Below are positions 23,051 to 36,580 of a stretch of 64,000 nucleotides of DNA, piece after piece (positions within the stretch are counted from its first letter, which is position 1; every line of letters begins with the position of its first letter). Both the position numbers and the translations under genes were made by a program. The stretch lies in the NCBI RefSeq assembly GCF_018350175.1, contig NC_058368.1, positions 136,526,001 to 136,590,000 of the forward strand, written 5' to 3'. The stretch comes from Felis catus. Lineage: Eukaryota. The notes under the pieces were generated by a model that ran no database searches, was not told the origin of the DNA, and saw nothing but the letters and a program-made list of their open reading frames with translations.

Positions 23051-26000
23051 TCCTAGCCCCAAGCTGAAACCAGTCACTCCTATTCTGGGACTGCCCTGAC
23101 AGTGTCTTCCTAGTTGTCACATTATTTGGGAAGCTGCATCAGTGCTCTCAAGAGGAAGGGACACTTTGAGTAAATCAACATTGACAGGCACGGTCAAAAT
23201 GGCAGTGCATTCTGGCCTGTCAGGCAAATCCCTCTTCTCCACGAGAAAGCTCCAGCTCCCTGTCACTCTGGGGCACTGTCTCGTCTCCCAGAACGTACAC
23301 AGTGCAAGATGGTTATCCTGTGAGTCTATCTGGTGTGGCCTGTTTGGGTTCACTTTTGAGTGTTTCGTTTCTTTTTAGCCCCAGACAGAATCATATCCTC
23401 AGCCCTTCTATCCCATCCCTTTTTGGAGGCGCTGGTCTTCTTTTCCTAGAAGTGATCAACCAGTTGGGGCTGAACGTGGTTGGGGTAATCTCTCGTTTCT
23501 ACTCCCCTGATATGCTGGTCTTCTGTACTTCTGGAGCCCCTCGGGCACACTCCGTCTCCATACAAGATTGCAACTTTGTGCCTCCAGTAGACAAACAGTG
23601 CTTGAAACTTAGTGAAGAGCCAATAAATCCTTGTTGAATGAGTGAATGAATATTTGAATCTTTCAATATGTAGAATTATGGTATTCCGACAGAACTGCTG
23701 TTATGGTCCCCTTGGAAAGGAGCCATGTTCTTAATTTCAGGATAGAAGGATGGTGGCAACTACATTATACTGACTTTTGCCTCTTTTGATAGCTTCTAGT
23801 TCATCCCAGACTTCTCTGGGCTGCCTCCCATGCATGCCAAACAGAAGCCCGCACACTAAGTAGGTAAGATGTAGCTTGATGAATATAGGGCTCTTCCCAC
23901 CCCAGCTCACTATTTCCATTTAAGTACTTGGAAGTAAGCTAACATTTGTCCTTTTGTTTGGTTAGAGTCATTATCATCATGTTTATATCAAGCCACCGGG
24001 CCAAAGCAGTTAGGTGCGACACTGTATCAGATGCTATATTCTTACAGAGATTTAAAACTTCAATTTCCAACTCTGGAGGGGAGAATCAGGCCTTATCAAG
24101 ATCGCCTGGCAGAGCGTGTTATTTATAAACCCAACTAGCTTATCACTGATGAGAATGTAGTCTTCATTGAGAGAGGCTTTTAAAAATTTCTCTGTTAATT
24201 TTTGCTTCGTCATTTCAGACAATCGTTAGCTAGGCCTGGTCAGAGCGTTATTTCTGGCTGGGTATGAAGCCCATTTTCAGTATACTCCTAGGCTCTTTGT
24301 TCCTTTCCCCTCCACTACCCACCCCCTACCCTGACTCATCTCTTCTAGAACCTTCTCTTTCCTTCCCAAAACACTGGGAGTGATTTACTAAGTGCATTTC
24401 CCAGCCAGCTCCACTGGCTAGAAAGACCGATTTACAGGAACAAAGTGTCCCCAAGTTATCACTGGGTCATGGTCCAAAATTCAGAATCAGCTATTGGAAT
24501 TAACAATGTTTTTTCTCCTAGAAACAATGGTGGTGGAGGGTGTTCAGGATATCCCTCTGAAGCCATTTTATCTATAATAAAAGCTGAGTTATAATGTAAG
24601 TGAGGGATCTAGAAACAACAAGAATATCCATGTGGTACAGACAAAAATAGGAGGGAAAGGAAGAGGAGAAATGGGAGAAGAAGGGAGATTTTCCTCTCTG
24701 TCTTTGTTAATGAAGTTCTGGGCAGGGCCCAGTTCATAATAATCAGGTCCTATGTACAGAGCCTCTCATGGTCTTAGAGCAAAAGAAATAGTTAAAGTTT
24801 GGGGTCTGACCCATGGTAAAGGAACGTCAGGTTATACAACAACATTGCTGGCTATCAAAGCCCCTGTATAAGCATGTTGCTACCAATGCATTTCCTCCTT
24901 TGAAGCAAATCTTCAAAGGAAGTTAAGAGAGCAATCAGAAAGCTATGTGGTAAGCTTCATGTAGATCCGGGCATCAACTGCTGTAGGACTGGGCAAAAAC
25001 ATCTTTAGGCCTCACTATTCTCTCCTCTAGCTACAGCATGTAAAATCAAGGCTCAGGGCTTGCTTCTTTCATTCTCCCTTTTCTAGACCATCTGGTTCTT
25101 TGCTACAACACCTTCTTGCTCTAACTATGGTGATACTGTCAATTAGATTAGAGCCAACATTTGTAGGCACGGGAGCCATTCTGATCCTTTAAAATTGATG
25201 TAGTATCACTTGCTCTGTTCTGATATAACATGTATGGATTTTGTAGTTTAACTAGCAGGAAATCATTGACTTTCTATGTTATCAGGGATCACTTCAACTT
25301 AATGTTTCCAACCTCTTCCCTACCACGTTCCAACCATACCTTCTGCTAGACACCATCACTATTGTATGTGTGTATGGGAGAGCATAATAAGTGTATCTTA
25401 TTCCATAAAATCATTCCACAAAATAAAAAATGTTTTCTGTCTCAAAACCTTTTTAGAAGTAGCAGTAACATAAAGTAGAATGAAATATGAATAAATATAA
25501 AGAGTCATTTATGAACTTTTGAGACTCCTCCTTTCCCTTATAGCAAATGATCTCAGCTAGATATTAGAAAGAAAAGTGGGCAGGCTAATTTATACTAATG
25601 TGCAAATGACTAGCAGCACCACTAATAACATCTGAAAGTTTTTTGTCTTTTGAAAAGAAGGTATACAGTGATACATATGCACCTTTAACCAGTATAATTT
25701 CAGGCAGTATAAGCAGCTATTTCACAGAGTAGAAAATTCAGGGAGTGTTGTGGGAAAGATTTCAGGTTCAGGCTGGTCTTTTGCTCTAGAGCTCAGCTTC
25801 TGCAGCAAGTTATAGTATCTTTTTTTTTTTTTTCCTGAACATAAATCTCAGAGATTCACAAGACTCGAAAGCTTATCACAAGGATTTTTATGGCAGTATT
25901 ATCAGGACCTCTAGCTTAGAAGTGGAAGGGGGGAGGCTGCTCAGGGGACAGTGAGGGCAGCTGTTGGCACCTTGGAACAGTGGGAGACCCTTCCACTAGC

Positions 26001-26548
26001 TCAGCTTGACCTTTCATCCATTTCTGTTGTTCATGTTTCTCATCTCTCTGCAAATGCGCCATTCCTTTCATTGTGTGGTATCGCTTTTAGAGATGAGCTT
26101 GGTACCTTAATGATTTAAGCATTTCCCTTGTATCTTCCTGAAATCATTAATGTTTTCTCTCCTCTCCTGCCTTTCTCCTATTTCACCTAGCCTTAATTCC
26201 CAGGATCCCACCATGTCAAGATATTCTTGTTTCCTAGCAACTCTGATGCTGACTTTGCTGGGTTGGTCTCCTCCTTCACTACTGTCCACATTTTCCCCCC
26301 AGCTTGGGAAGAACTTTTCTCCCAGTGATGTGAGTACCTAAGACATACTCACCCTCAGTTCCACAGACCCCTAGATTCTGCCTCTCATTGCTGGATAGTT
26401 AGGCCCCCAGCAGTTGCTCCTGACCAAAAGAAAAATGAAGCGAATAGTATGTCTACGGGATGATTTAGTGACATCATGTGCCCTGGTGCTACTAGCCACA
26501 TCTAGACTAATGGCAATTCTGTCTCTAGACTAACAATAATGGTCCACA

Positions 26549-26770
26549 GGGCACCTGGGTAGCTCAGTGGGTTAAGTGTCAGACTCCTGATTTCAGCTCA
26601 GGTCATGATCTCACGGTGTGTGAAATCAAGGCTTGCAGTGGGCTCTGTGCTGACAATGTGGAGGCTGCTTAGGATTCTCTCTCTCCGTCTTTCTCTTTTC
26701 CTGCCCGGTTCATGCATGCACACTCTCTCTCAAAATAAATAAATAAACTCAAAAAAAAAAAAAAAAAAAA
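26549..26770 (+). mobile_element. Carnivore SINEC
   Basis: Head 'gggcacctgggtagctcag', 20-nt A tail; TSD core aataatggtcc at 26535 and 26772. Confidence 0.96.
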
Positions 26771-27264
26771 GAATAATGGTCCTTAGCCAGGGTAGGGCTG
26801 GGAAATTATATAGGGCAAGTTTTGTTTTTTTTAACGTTCACATTGATGTGTCTCACAATAGAAGTATGCTGTGTGTGAGAGTTGGCCAGAGTGACCTCTG
26901 ATGGCCTCTGCTGTCCTTTTGTTCTATGGGTCTTGGCCTCAAACAAAGCAAACCAGATGGGGACACCAGTGCTAGGGACCATGGGGTATAATTAGGATAT
27001 ATGTCACAAGAAACCTTTCCACCCTCTTTCAGAAGGCAGCTGATATGTCCTTATAACTACTCTAGCGTCTTAAAGAGATTCTTTGTCATGAGTTACCAAG
27101 AATCTCAGTGACCTGGTTAAACATTCAATGAATTGGCGCCATGAATAAGTAAAGAATCATTTTATTTGTGTCTGAAAGCTTAAGAAACTAAAATAATATT
27201 GTCCGTACCAAGAGGCTGAAAGTGTTTCCACATGTGTGGATACTCTTATTAAATTAGTTTGTAG

Positions 27265-27335
27265 AATCATTCAACAAATATTGTTTGAGTATCTACTGTG
27301 TGCAGGGCACTGTGTTATGCCTCAGGGACATTGCT
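27265..27335 (-). mobile_element. L2 3' end
   Basis: 'tcattcaacaaatattgtttgagtatctactgtgtgcagggcactgtg'. Confidence 0.7.
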
Positions 27336-27734
27336 CAGGGAGTAAGAAAGGTCCATGGTATGCTCAGTGTTCAAAAATGCTCAAAAATCATGATTTTTTT
27401 TAAATGAAATGCAGAGAGCTGAGCTTTCACAGGGGCTCATGCCATATTTTATCTACTGAGGGTATGTATTTGGATGCTCGTCTTATTTCTCCTGCTGGAT
27501 TATAAACCTCACTTTGGTGAAGCCTTTCCTCAGAGCCCTCAGCTGTGCTTTCCTGATGTTTGGCTCATAGGTCCATTATCACCCTTCTCCCATGGGTATA
27601 TAGGCTGATGAGTACTGAGTGCTTGCATCACACCCCTAGCATTCAGGACTTTGTTTTACCCAGACACCAACCCTAAAGGAAGCTGCTATCATGGACCCCA
27701 TTTAACATTGTTCTTACCTTGGTCTACATGGAGC

Positions 27735-28200
27735 ACTGTGGCCTGGCCCCAGCCTCAGCTCCTCCGACATCCCTCCTCTCCCCTTGCTCACTGCTGTTGG
27801 CCATGCGGGCCCCTTGCTGGTGGTTGGCCACACCAGGTGTTCTCCCACCCCAGGGCGTTGCTCTTTGGCTTGAAATGCTCCTCCTCCGGACTGTCACATG
27901 ATCCCTCTGCTGACTCACCTGGGTCTGCCCCATACGACATCTTCAGACAAGTATTCCTCAACCTATCTAATTTGTAGCAACCTCCTGCATTCACTGTCTC
28001 ACCCTGCTCCGTTTTCCTTTATAGCATTTATCACTACCTGACATACTACATGTCTCTTATTTCACTTTCAATAACTGTTTGTTAATATCTGAATGCCAGC
28101 TTCACTTGGAAGGGATTCTGTCAGGCACAGAGCTAGATCCCTAGCACCTAGGCTGGGCTCAAAGGATGTCCTCAATAAATATTTGTTAGATAAATAAATC
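27735..28200 (+). mobile_element. L2 3' region
   Basis: 'ccccttgctcactgc', 'tttatagcatttatcactacctgacata', terminus 'ctcaataaatatttgttagataaataaat'. Confidence 0.8.
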
Positions 28201-28261
28201 TCCATTTGATAGATAAGAATATTAAAACTTAGAAAAATTAAGTGACTTAGTCTTGAATAAG

Positions 28262-28389
28262 TCCCAAGCAGGGTCTGTGCTATCAACACAGAGCCTGACA
28301 TGGGGCTGGATCTCACAAACCATGAGATCATGATCTGAGCCAAAACCAAGAGTCAGATGCTTAACTGACTGAGCCACCCAGGCATCCCC
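28262..28389 (-). mobile_element. 3'-truncated SINEC inside a MIR fragment
   Basis: Antisense head 'gagccacccaggcatcccc'; (CT)n and A tail absent; MIR-like sequence on both sides. Confidence 0.9.
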
Positions 28390-28410
28390 AAAATCCATAT
28401 TCTTAACCAA

Positions 28411-28428
28411 TGTGTGTGTGTGTGTGTG
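28411..28428. repeat. (TG)9 microsatellite
   Basis: Direct reading. Confidence 0.95.
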
Positions 28429-29849
28429 TTCTCCACCAAGCTCTCAGATTCGTGGTGAGGACTATTTTTTAAAAATATTTTGTAGCCTAGATGCTTAAAG
28501 AGACTGACACGTGGTGGAGATTTTATAATAAAATTTACCAATAAATTTTATAAAATTTATGGTTAGCTTATAGAGGATTGATTGAACAGGCAGAGAGAGT
28601 CGTGTTTCTGATGGGGACACAGTGTAGACAAAAGCACAAAAGCCCAAGGAACATAAATGCCTGAATACATGGCTAGCTTATCACCAGGGGCAGCTTAGGC
28701 AGCATAAAAAAATAAAGCCTATTGAGTAAGTATAATCATCGCACTTCCCTTTTAGCAGCCAGAGTTATCATCCCATACCTAGACTTACAGTACACACGCA
28801 AGTTAAAATACCTGTAATGCTTTGCTAATCTTCCAAAGACTTCTTTATAATAAATTGGAGCCATGGTAAAAATGTGTTAGTCTTTAAAACAAAGATACAT
28901 GGTCACAGGATTTAACATTGACTGAATGCCTGCCAGACAGCAGATGTAAATGTTCAATTTTACTGAGAGGGCTTGATATAAATGATCTCAATGACTTTGG
29001 AGGCATCTAAACAATAAAAAGATTTGTTTTGTTACTTAAATGCAGAACTCTGGACTCTCCAGGGTAAATAATAATTTGGTAGAAATCACTGGTAGAATAA
29101 TTAGCAACTGTTGTGTTTTTCAGAGTTGATCCATTTCTTCCTTCTAACATTTGGGTCCCTTTGCATAGTTCAGTCCCTTCCCTCTGCACAGGGAAGCAAG
29201 AAGGAGATGTAACCAGAGCCCTCTCTTGGGATTGAAACCATGTGAGCCAACAGGGTCAGATCCTCTCAGCTGGCTGGCTAGAGGGGCATCTGCCATCGGT
29301 GTTCCAGCATCAGGGCTGTGCAGATAAGATACACATCTCCTTTTTCTGCCACAGTGATTTTGTCACTTTCGAGCGCATCCCTTTTGTATGCTAAAATGAT
29401 TGGCATCCCTATCTCCCACCCATTTCACATGCCCATTTTCCTCATCACTCCTCATCATAGCATCCTGCCCTTTTCCCAAACACACTGTTGTTGATTTTCA
29501 TTAGCTCTGAGGCAAAGAAAATGTGCTGCCCAACTGGAGGGTATTACACCAGGGAAGCAACATTTCAAAGCTTAATTGCTTGTCTCCTGAAAGGTGCTTG
29601 CTAAATTAAACCAGCATGTCACTCTGCCTCTTGGACACTTTTTCTTTCTGTGGGAAGATGGAGCAAATCTTGTAGGAGATTGCAAAACAGGAGGAAGCAG
29701 CCATGTTCTTCGTGTCCATCCAGAACCTTCTCAGAGCGCTGGCCGCCCCTCTCAAAGGTCTGCTGAAGGAAAAGAGGCAGGAGGTGCTGGTGCTGACACC
29801 AGAGGTCAATGAGACCACTGAGGGGCCTCTGCTGAGAGGGAAGTGTTTT

Positions 29850-31670
29850 CCTCTGTGGTCTATACTTTGTATTTAAGAAACGATTCTCTGTGCTGAGTTC
29901 ATAGATTTCTCCTACATTGTTGTCTAAAAGTCCTTTAGTTTTACCAGACACATTTAGGTTTTAAATCATGTGGATTTGGTTTCTGTGTATGGTAGGAGGT
30001 AAGGATCAGATTTCGTTTTTCTGTATGAAACACTGTCTAAATTACATTTATTAGATAGTTCATCCTTTCCCTGCTGATACAGTGTTTGTTGTTAGAAATC
30101 CAGCTTCCACATACACATGAGTCTGTTTTGAAGATTTCTGGTCTATTCCAGGCACCTATTTGTCTGTTCCTACAATTATACTACAGTGTCTAAATTTCTA
30201 ACCTTTATAATAACCTTGCTAGGGAGTAGTGCTGGTCCCCTGCCCCTACCTTTTCCTTCCTCAGAAATATTAGTTTTGAACATATTAGTTCAGAAATATT
30301 AGTTCCTCAGAAATATTAGTTTTGAACATAAATGAACACACACACACACACACACACATACATACACACACACACAGTTTGTTGAGTGTCACGAAAAACC
30401 TAGTTGGGAGTCTGACTGGATTTGCATTGATTTTAGAGATAAATTTTTTAAGAGAATGGACATCTTTATGATACTGAGTTTTCCTGTCCAATAGTCTGGA
30501 ATATTTCTTCCTTTATTTACATCTTCTCTTTCAGTAAACTCTTGCAATTATAATTTTCTCCACAAAAAGCATGTACATCCATTTTAAAATTTATTTTTTG
30601 GCATTTTTTTGTCGTTTTATAAATAACATCTTTAAATAAATTGCATCTTTCTTTTGACTAATGCATAGAAATGCCATTGATTTTTGAATACTGATTTTTT
30701 TTTAAATTTAGCAATCTTGCTACTAATTCTAATAATTTATCTACAGATTCTTGGGATTTCTAAATGAACAATCACAGTACCTACAAATAGTGATGGCTAT
30801 ATATATTTTCAAATACCTATACTTTTTTCCCTTTTCATTCTGAATGGATAGGATGTCCAGTCCAGTGTTGAAAAAGAGTAGCGAAAGCAGATCTCTTTGT
30901 AGATTTCCTGATCTTGAGCATTCTATCATTAAGTATGCTGTTTATTGTAACTTATGTTTAGGAAGTTTCTTTTTATTCCAAATTGAATAAGAGTTATATT
31001 TTTTACTGAGGAGGCTGAATGGATGTTATGTTTTATCAAACAAACCTTCTTTCTCCATCTCCTGTGATCATATGTGTTTACTCTGAGAATTTATTAACAT
31101 GGTGAATTGCATTACCCAGCTTTTTAAGGTTAAGCCATTCTTCCATTCTTGAGACACACCCAGTTTGGTCAGCATGTTTCATCTTTCTTTACACATTGAT
31201 GAATTCAGTTTCTTAATGTTTTGTTTAGGATTTTTGCATCTACTTTTATCAGTTATGTTGTCTGCTATCTTCTCCCTCCCCCTTGACTAGATATATTACG
31301 GATATTCCAGACTCATGGAATGAGTTGGAGGATATCCTCCTTTTTAAATGTTTTCTTTTATACCTTTATTGAGGTATAATTTACACAGAGTAACATTCAC
31401 CCTTTTTAAGTGTTTGGCTTAATCACTTTTGGAAAAATGTATGTTTTCCACTCATCCCTACAAGCAAGTTTTACAATACTTCTATCACCCTGAAAAACCG
31501 TGGACAATATATGCTTGGATCTTCCTTTTTTATACAGTCGATTGATCTTTGTCTTTTGATGGGAGTGTTTAGTACATTCACATTAATGTAATAACCGGTA
31601 TGTTTGTATTCAGGTATACCTTTTTGCTGTTTGTTTTCTCCTTGTCTCGTTTCTCTCCTGTTTTTCTGTA
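29850..31670 (-). mobile_element. Old L1M fragments (ORF2 pieces plus a nested L1 3' end at ~31350-31497)
   Basis: Antisense L1 landmarks 'ttgcattgattttagagataaattt', 'tgttgaaaaagagtagcgaaagcagatc', 'ggatttttgcatcta', 'tttattgaggtataatttaca'. Confidence 0.8.
30336..30376. repeat. Interrupted (CA)n microsatellite
   Basis: Direct reading. Confidence 0.9.
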
Positions 31671-31689
31671 ACTACAGGAATGTCAGTTG

Positions 31690-33217
31690 CACTTGCCATG
31701 TTATAGTTGGGGACGCTTGCTAGCATGTATTAATAAGGCTTCAGACACATGGCATAAGGTCAGTTGGTTTGGTGGATGTGTTTTTTTCTATTCTGATCGG
31801 AAAAGAAGATTAGAAAGAGTTCATATTTATATGGAATGGACAATGAATATTCATTTGCAGGGCTATGTTAACTTTCCCACCCTCCGATATAATATATTCC
31901 AAAGAGATCTGGGCTGTCTAGACATCCTGTAGAACATCACATTGATCTATTACATCATGCTGATTGGAACAAATGAGCAAAAGGAGGTAGTACACTGAAG
32001 TCAATTTAAGACCCATGGGCTCCAGACAGTGGAAGAAAACCTCTCTGACAGTTCAGAAGCCAGCCACTTTAGTAAAGTTTTTAGGGTCTAGTGGTCAGGA
32101 TGTGCTAAGCTATGTCTGCCAAGGTAAAAGAAAAATGATCGTACCTTGCATTTCCTACCACAAAGAAGGAAGCACAGTGCTTGGTAAGCTGCTTTGGGAT
32201 CTAGAGACAACACATTCAACATCTAGGAATATTTTTCTGGCCCTATACTTGGTGACACAGAAGGCCATCAGCTTTGAAGGGGGCCCCAGAATAGGAAAGA
32301 GCTCTGCAGCAAGTTGTGGCCATGGTGCAAACAGTCTTGCCATATAGGTCATGCAGTCTAACAGGCCCTATGTGTTAGAGGTATCTCTGGTGGGAAAAGA
32401 TGCATTGTGAAATTTATAGCAAGCCTCGGGGAGAATGGCATTGCAGGCCTCTGGGTTCCGGAACAACGTCATGACATTGGCAGCAGAGAAATACATGCCT
32501 TTTGAAAAATAGCTCTTGGCCAGGAGGGAACTGGTAGAGATAGAATGCTCGGTTCTTTGGATCATCAAATGATCCTACACCTGGAATTGTCCCTGTTGAT
32601 CTGGGGTCTATTAGATCTGTCAAGTAATAAAACTGGATAGGCCCAGCAGTAGTCTATTATAAAAAGGAAATGTTACAGGCTCCAGCCTACGCCTAAGAGA
32701 GCACAAGTAAACTGCATGAGAAGGTTGCCTACACTTCCATCATTCACTAGAGTTGCATCAGCACCCATCTCCCAGGTCACACCTATGGCTGTAGGGAGGA
32801 TCTCATATGATCAGCTGAGGGAGGAAGAAAAAGCCTGAGTTTTGTGTACAGTTTAGGTGACTCAGTATATGAAACAAGCTGAAAACAGAGTGTGCTACAT
32901 TATATCCACATTCAAGGGTGACCTTGAAAGGCAGAGAAAAGTGACAATCTTCCCAAGAGGCAGAGCTACAAGTGACACAGCTGGTTATTCACTTTGAGTG
33001 AGAAAAGAGGTAGCAAAAAGTAAGACTATATATGCAGATCCCTAGATAGTATCCAATGGCCTGGCCGGTTGGTTATGGGCCTGGGAGGAAAAGAGGCTCT
33101 CCCACTAATCTCTGTCTTCTCAGTTTCTACTGAAAGAGAGAGGCCTGTAGGAACCATGAAAGAGTTGCATCCTGAGCACACAGGGAGAAAAGGATCTGTA
33201 CAGCACAAGCGTTGGTC
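31690..33217 (+). mobile_element. Ancient ERVL internal relic (degenerate pol: RT, connection, RNase H start)
   Basis: Peptides LQGYVNFPTLRYNIFQRDL, QKPATLVKFLG and VTQKAISFEGGP match recalled ERVL pol PQGYINSPALCHNLIRRDL, QGPSTSVKFLG, VTRKAASFEWGP; many stops and frameshifts. Confidence 0.85.
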
Positions 33218-33604
33218 TGTGGCAGCATGGAGACAAACCGCTCAAATTTCCTTCAGGAAGGCCTACTGGGCCTTTAGCTGACTGACAACTTTTAGTTACT
33301 GCCCCTTTCTATCTACTGTAGTTTTCATGCCTGGCTGCTACTAGCCAATGACTCAGCATCATGAGGAGTACGAAAGGCAGTCCATTTTGGCCCAATGTCA
33401 GACACATCCAGTGGCTTCTGAGACTTTGTGACACATCTGAGACTCTACCTCCACAATTCCTCTTATCCATTCTCCTTTCACAGCCTGAAGGGTATCTCCA
33501 CGTACTCATGATCTCTCCCCCCTTATCCTTCACAGATGTTCCCCACAATATTGTATATATAATCATATATTGGGGTCTGCTTTTCAAAGAGCCCAAACTA
33601 GCAC
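33218..33604 (+). mobile_element. LTR16-like 3' LTR of the ERVL relic
   Basis: Starts tgtggcagc directly after the internal end, contains 'agccaatgact', ends 'ggggtctgcttttcaaagagcccaaactagcac'; similar to LTRs at 46776 and 49010. Confidence 0.75.
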
Positions 33605-34250
33605 TGTTAAAATGTCTTTCATTACATATGAAGTGATATAACATTAATCAAGATAAAATGGGTTAAGGATGGATATTGTATTTCCTAGAGCAACCACCAA
33701 CAATATTTAACAAAGGCATACAGCTAAAAAGCCTACAGGTGAGGTAAAATGAAATACAAAAAATTCCCAATCAAGAGAATTCTCAATCAAATCAAAGAAA
33801 AACAAAGGAATAAATTAAGAAGGTATATAATAAGTAGCGAGATGATAAAATTAAATCCAACTATACAATTAAATGTTAATGGACTAAATGCTCCCATTAA
33901 AAGGTAGGGACTGTTTTAGATGGAATAAAAAGGAAAAATCCAATTGTATGTTGTTTATGAGAGAAACATTTTCAATATAAAGTCACAAAATTGTTGAAAC
34001 AAAACAATGGAAGAATTATACCATGTAAACACAAATTGTGAGAAAGCTGATGTTGTTAATATCAGACCAGATAAACTTCAAGTCAAAAAGCAATAATAAG
34101 AATAAAAGGAGACATTTTATAATAATAGAAGACAATTCATTAAGAAGTCAGGATTAAGAACTAAACAAATCCATAGTTTGAGGAGTTTTTAATACTCCTG
34201 TCTCAATAAGTGAAAGAACAAGGCGATTGAAAAATAGCAACAGTATAGAA

Positions 34251-34415
34251 CAGGAGTTGGGAAATTATATCCTTTTGGCTAAATTTGGCCATCCTATTTG
34301 TTCATGTATGGTTTATGGCTATTTTGCACTAAAGGGGCTGCACTGAGTAGTTGCTACAGAGAGTATACAGCCTACAAAACTGAAAATAGCCCTTGCTAGA
34401 AAAAGTTTACTGATT
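34251..34415 (+). mobile_element. MER58A-like hAT-Charlie MITE
   Basis: 'caggagttgggaaatta...ctgagtagttgctacagagag...agaaaaagtttactga' follows the MER58A layout. Confidence 0.75.
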
Positions 34416-36353
34416 ATAAGAGATTTGAACAATCCAGTCAACTAAATCTAATTGATATTTATAAAACACTCATCTAATACTTAAAGAGTTCATATTCTTT
34501 TCAAATATTTCTGGAATCATACAGACCAAACGAGAATACTTTTCAAGTATTGCTGGAATGATACAGACACATTGCTTAGCAATATTAAGTCTCAATACAT
34601 TTCAAATGATTGTATGTATGTTCTTTTACCATAATTAGAAATCAATAACAAAAAAGATAACTATAGGAATACTCAATATATGTATTTTGAAATTTAGCAA
34701 TAGATTTTCTAAATCATGGATTGAACTGGAAATCATGAGGGAAATGAGAAAATATTTTGAACTGAAACAAGTAACAAAATGGCAATAAATGCCTACTTAT
34801 GAATAATTACTTTGAATGTAAATTGGCTAAATTTTCTAATCAAAAAACACAGGGTGACAGAGTGGATGAAGAAACAAGTCCCATCTATATGCTGCCTATA
34901 AGAGACTTATTTCAGACCTAAAGACACCAGCAGACTGAAAGTGAGAGCATGGAGAAACATTTATAATGCAAATGTATGTCAAAAGAAAGCTGGAGTAGCA
35001 ATACTTATATAAAACAAAATAGACTGTAAAACAAATACTGTAACAAGAGACCAAAACAAAGGCAGTATAAACAAACAATTGAACAAGATATAGTAATATT
35101 TATGCACCTAATATGGAAGCACCCCGATATATAAAACAGTTAATAACACATAAAGGAAATAAATGATAGTAATACAATAATAGTAGGGGACTCTAACACT
35201 CCATTTGCATTGATGGACAGATCATCTAAACAGCAAATCAACAAGGAAATAGTGGCTTTGAATGACACAGTGGGCCAGATAGATTTAATGCATATATGCA
35301 GAACATTCCATCCTAAAAAAACAGAATACATGTTCTTTTCAAGTTCACATTGAACATTCTCCAGAATAGATCACACAGAAGGCCAAAAAACAAGTTGCAA
35401 CAAATTCAAAAGGATTGAAATCATTGTGTTGACCACAATGATATGAAAGTAGGTATCAATCATAAGAAAAAATATGGAAAGAGCACAAATACATGGAGGT
35501 TAAATAATATGCTACTAAACAATGAATGGATCAACAAAGAAATAAAGAAGAAATTGAAAACACAATGGTCCAAAATCTTTGGGATGGAGCAAAAGTGGTT
35601 CTAAGAGAGAAGTTTATAGCAACACAGGCATACCTCAACAAGCAAGAAAACTCTCAAATAACCTAACAAAACTCAAAACCTGAAGAAAGAAGGAGGTAAA
35701 TAAAGATTAGAGCTGAAATAAATGATATGGTAAGTAATAAAAATAAAATAGATCAATGAAATCAGGAGCTGGTTCTTTGAAAAGATCAACAAAATTGATA
35801 AATCTCTAGCCAGACTCATCAGAAAAAAAAAGCCCAAATAAATAAACAAAATCAGAAATGAAAAGGAGAAATAACAACCTATACCACAGAAATAAAAAGG
35901 ACTGTAGAGATTATGAAAAATTATATGTCAACACATTGGACAACCTAGAAAAATGGATAAATTCCTAGAAACACGTAACCTATCAAAACTGAAGCAGAAA
36001 TAGAAAATTTGAACAGACTGATTACCAGGAATGAAACTGAATCAGTAATCAAAGAATCCTAATAAAAAAAAAAATTCCAGGACGAGATGGTTTCACAGGT
36101 GAATTCTAGCAAGTATTTAAAGAAGAGTTAATACCTATTCTTCTCAAACTATCCCAAAAAATAGAAGAGAAAGGAAAACTTCCAAATTCATTCTAAGAGG
36201 CCAATATCACCCTGATACCAAAACCAGATAAAGACACCACACAAAAAAAAAAAGAGAGAGAGAGAATTACAGGCCAATATCTCTGATAAACATAGATTCA
36301 AATATCTCCCACAAAATACTAGCTAATGAGTTCAATAATACATTAAAAAAATA

Positions 36354-36580
36354 GGGGCGCCTGGGTGGCGCAGTCGGTTAAGCGTCCGACTTCAGCCAGG
36401 TCACGATCTCGCGGTCCGGGAGTTCGAGCCCCGCCTCGGGCTCTGGGCTGATGGCTCAGAGCCTGGAGCCTGTTTCCGATTCTGTGTCTCCCTCTCTCTC
36501 TGCCCCTCCCTTGTTCATGCTCTGTCTCTCTCTGTCCCAAAAATAAATAAATGTTGAAAAAAAAATTAAAAAAAAAAAAA
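36354..36580 (+). mobile_element. Young feline SINEC (SINEC_Fc-like) nested in L1
   Basis: 'ggggcgcctgggtggcgcagtcggttaagcgtccgac...gagttcgagcccc', long A tail. Confidence 0.98.

Noticed and set aside
30257..30330. Repeat-spacer-repeat pattern as a CRISPR-like array
   Set aside because: Only two units, the spacer derives from the unit itself, eukaryotic context, no cas genes.
36354..36430. tRNA gene (A and B boxes present)
   Set aside because: tRNA-derived SINE head followed by SINE body, CT tract and A tail.
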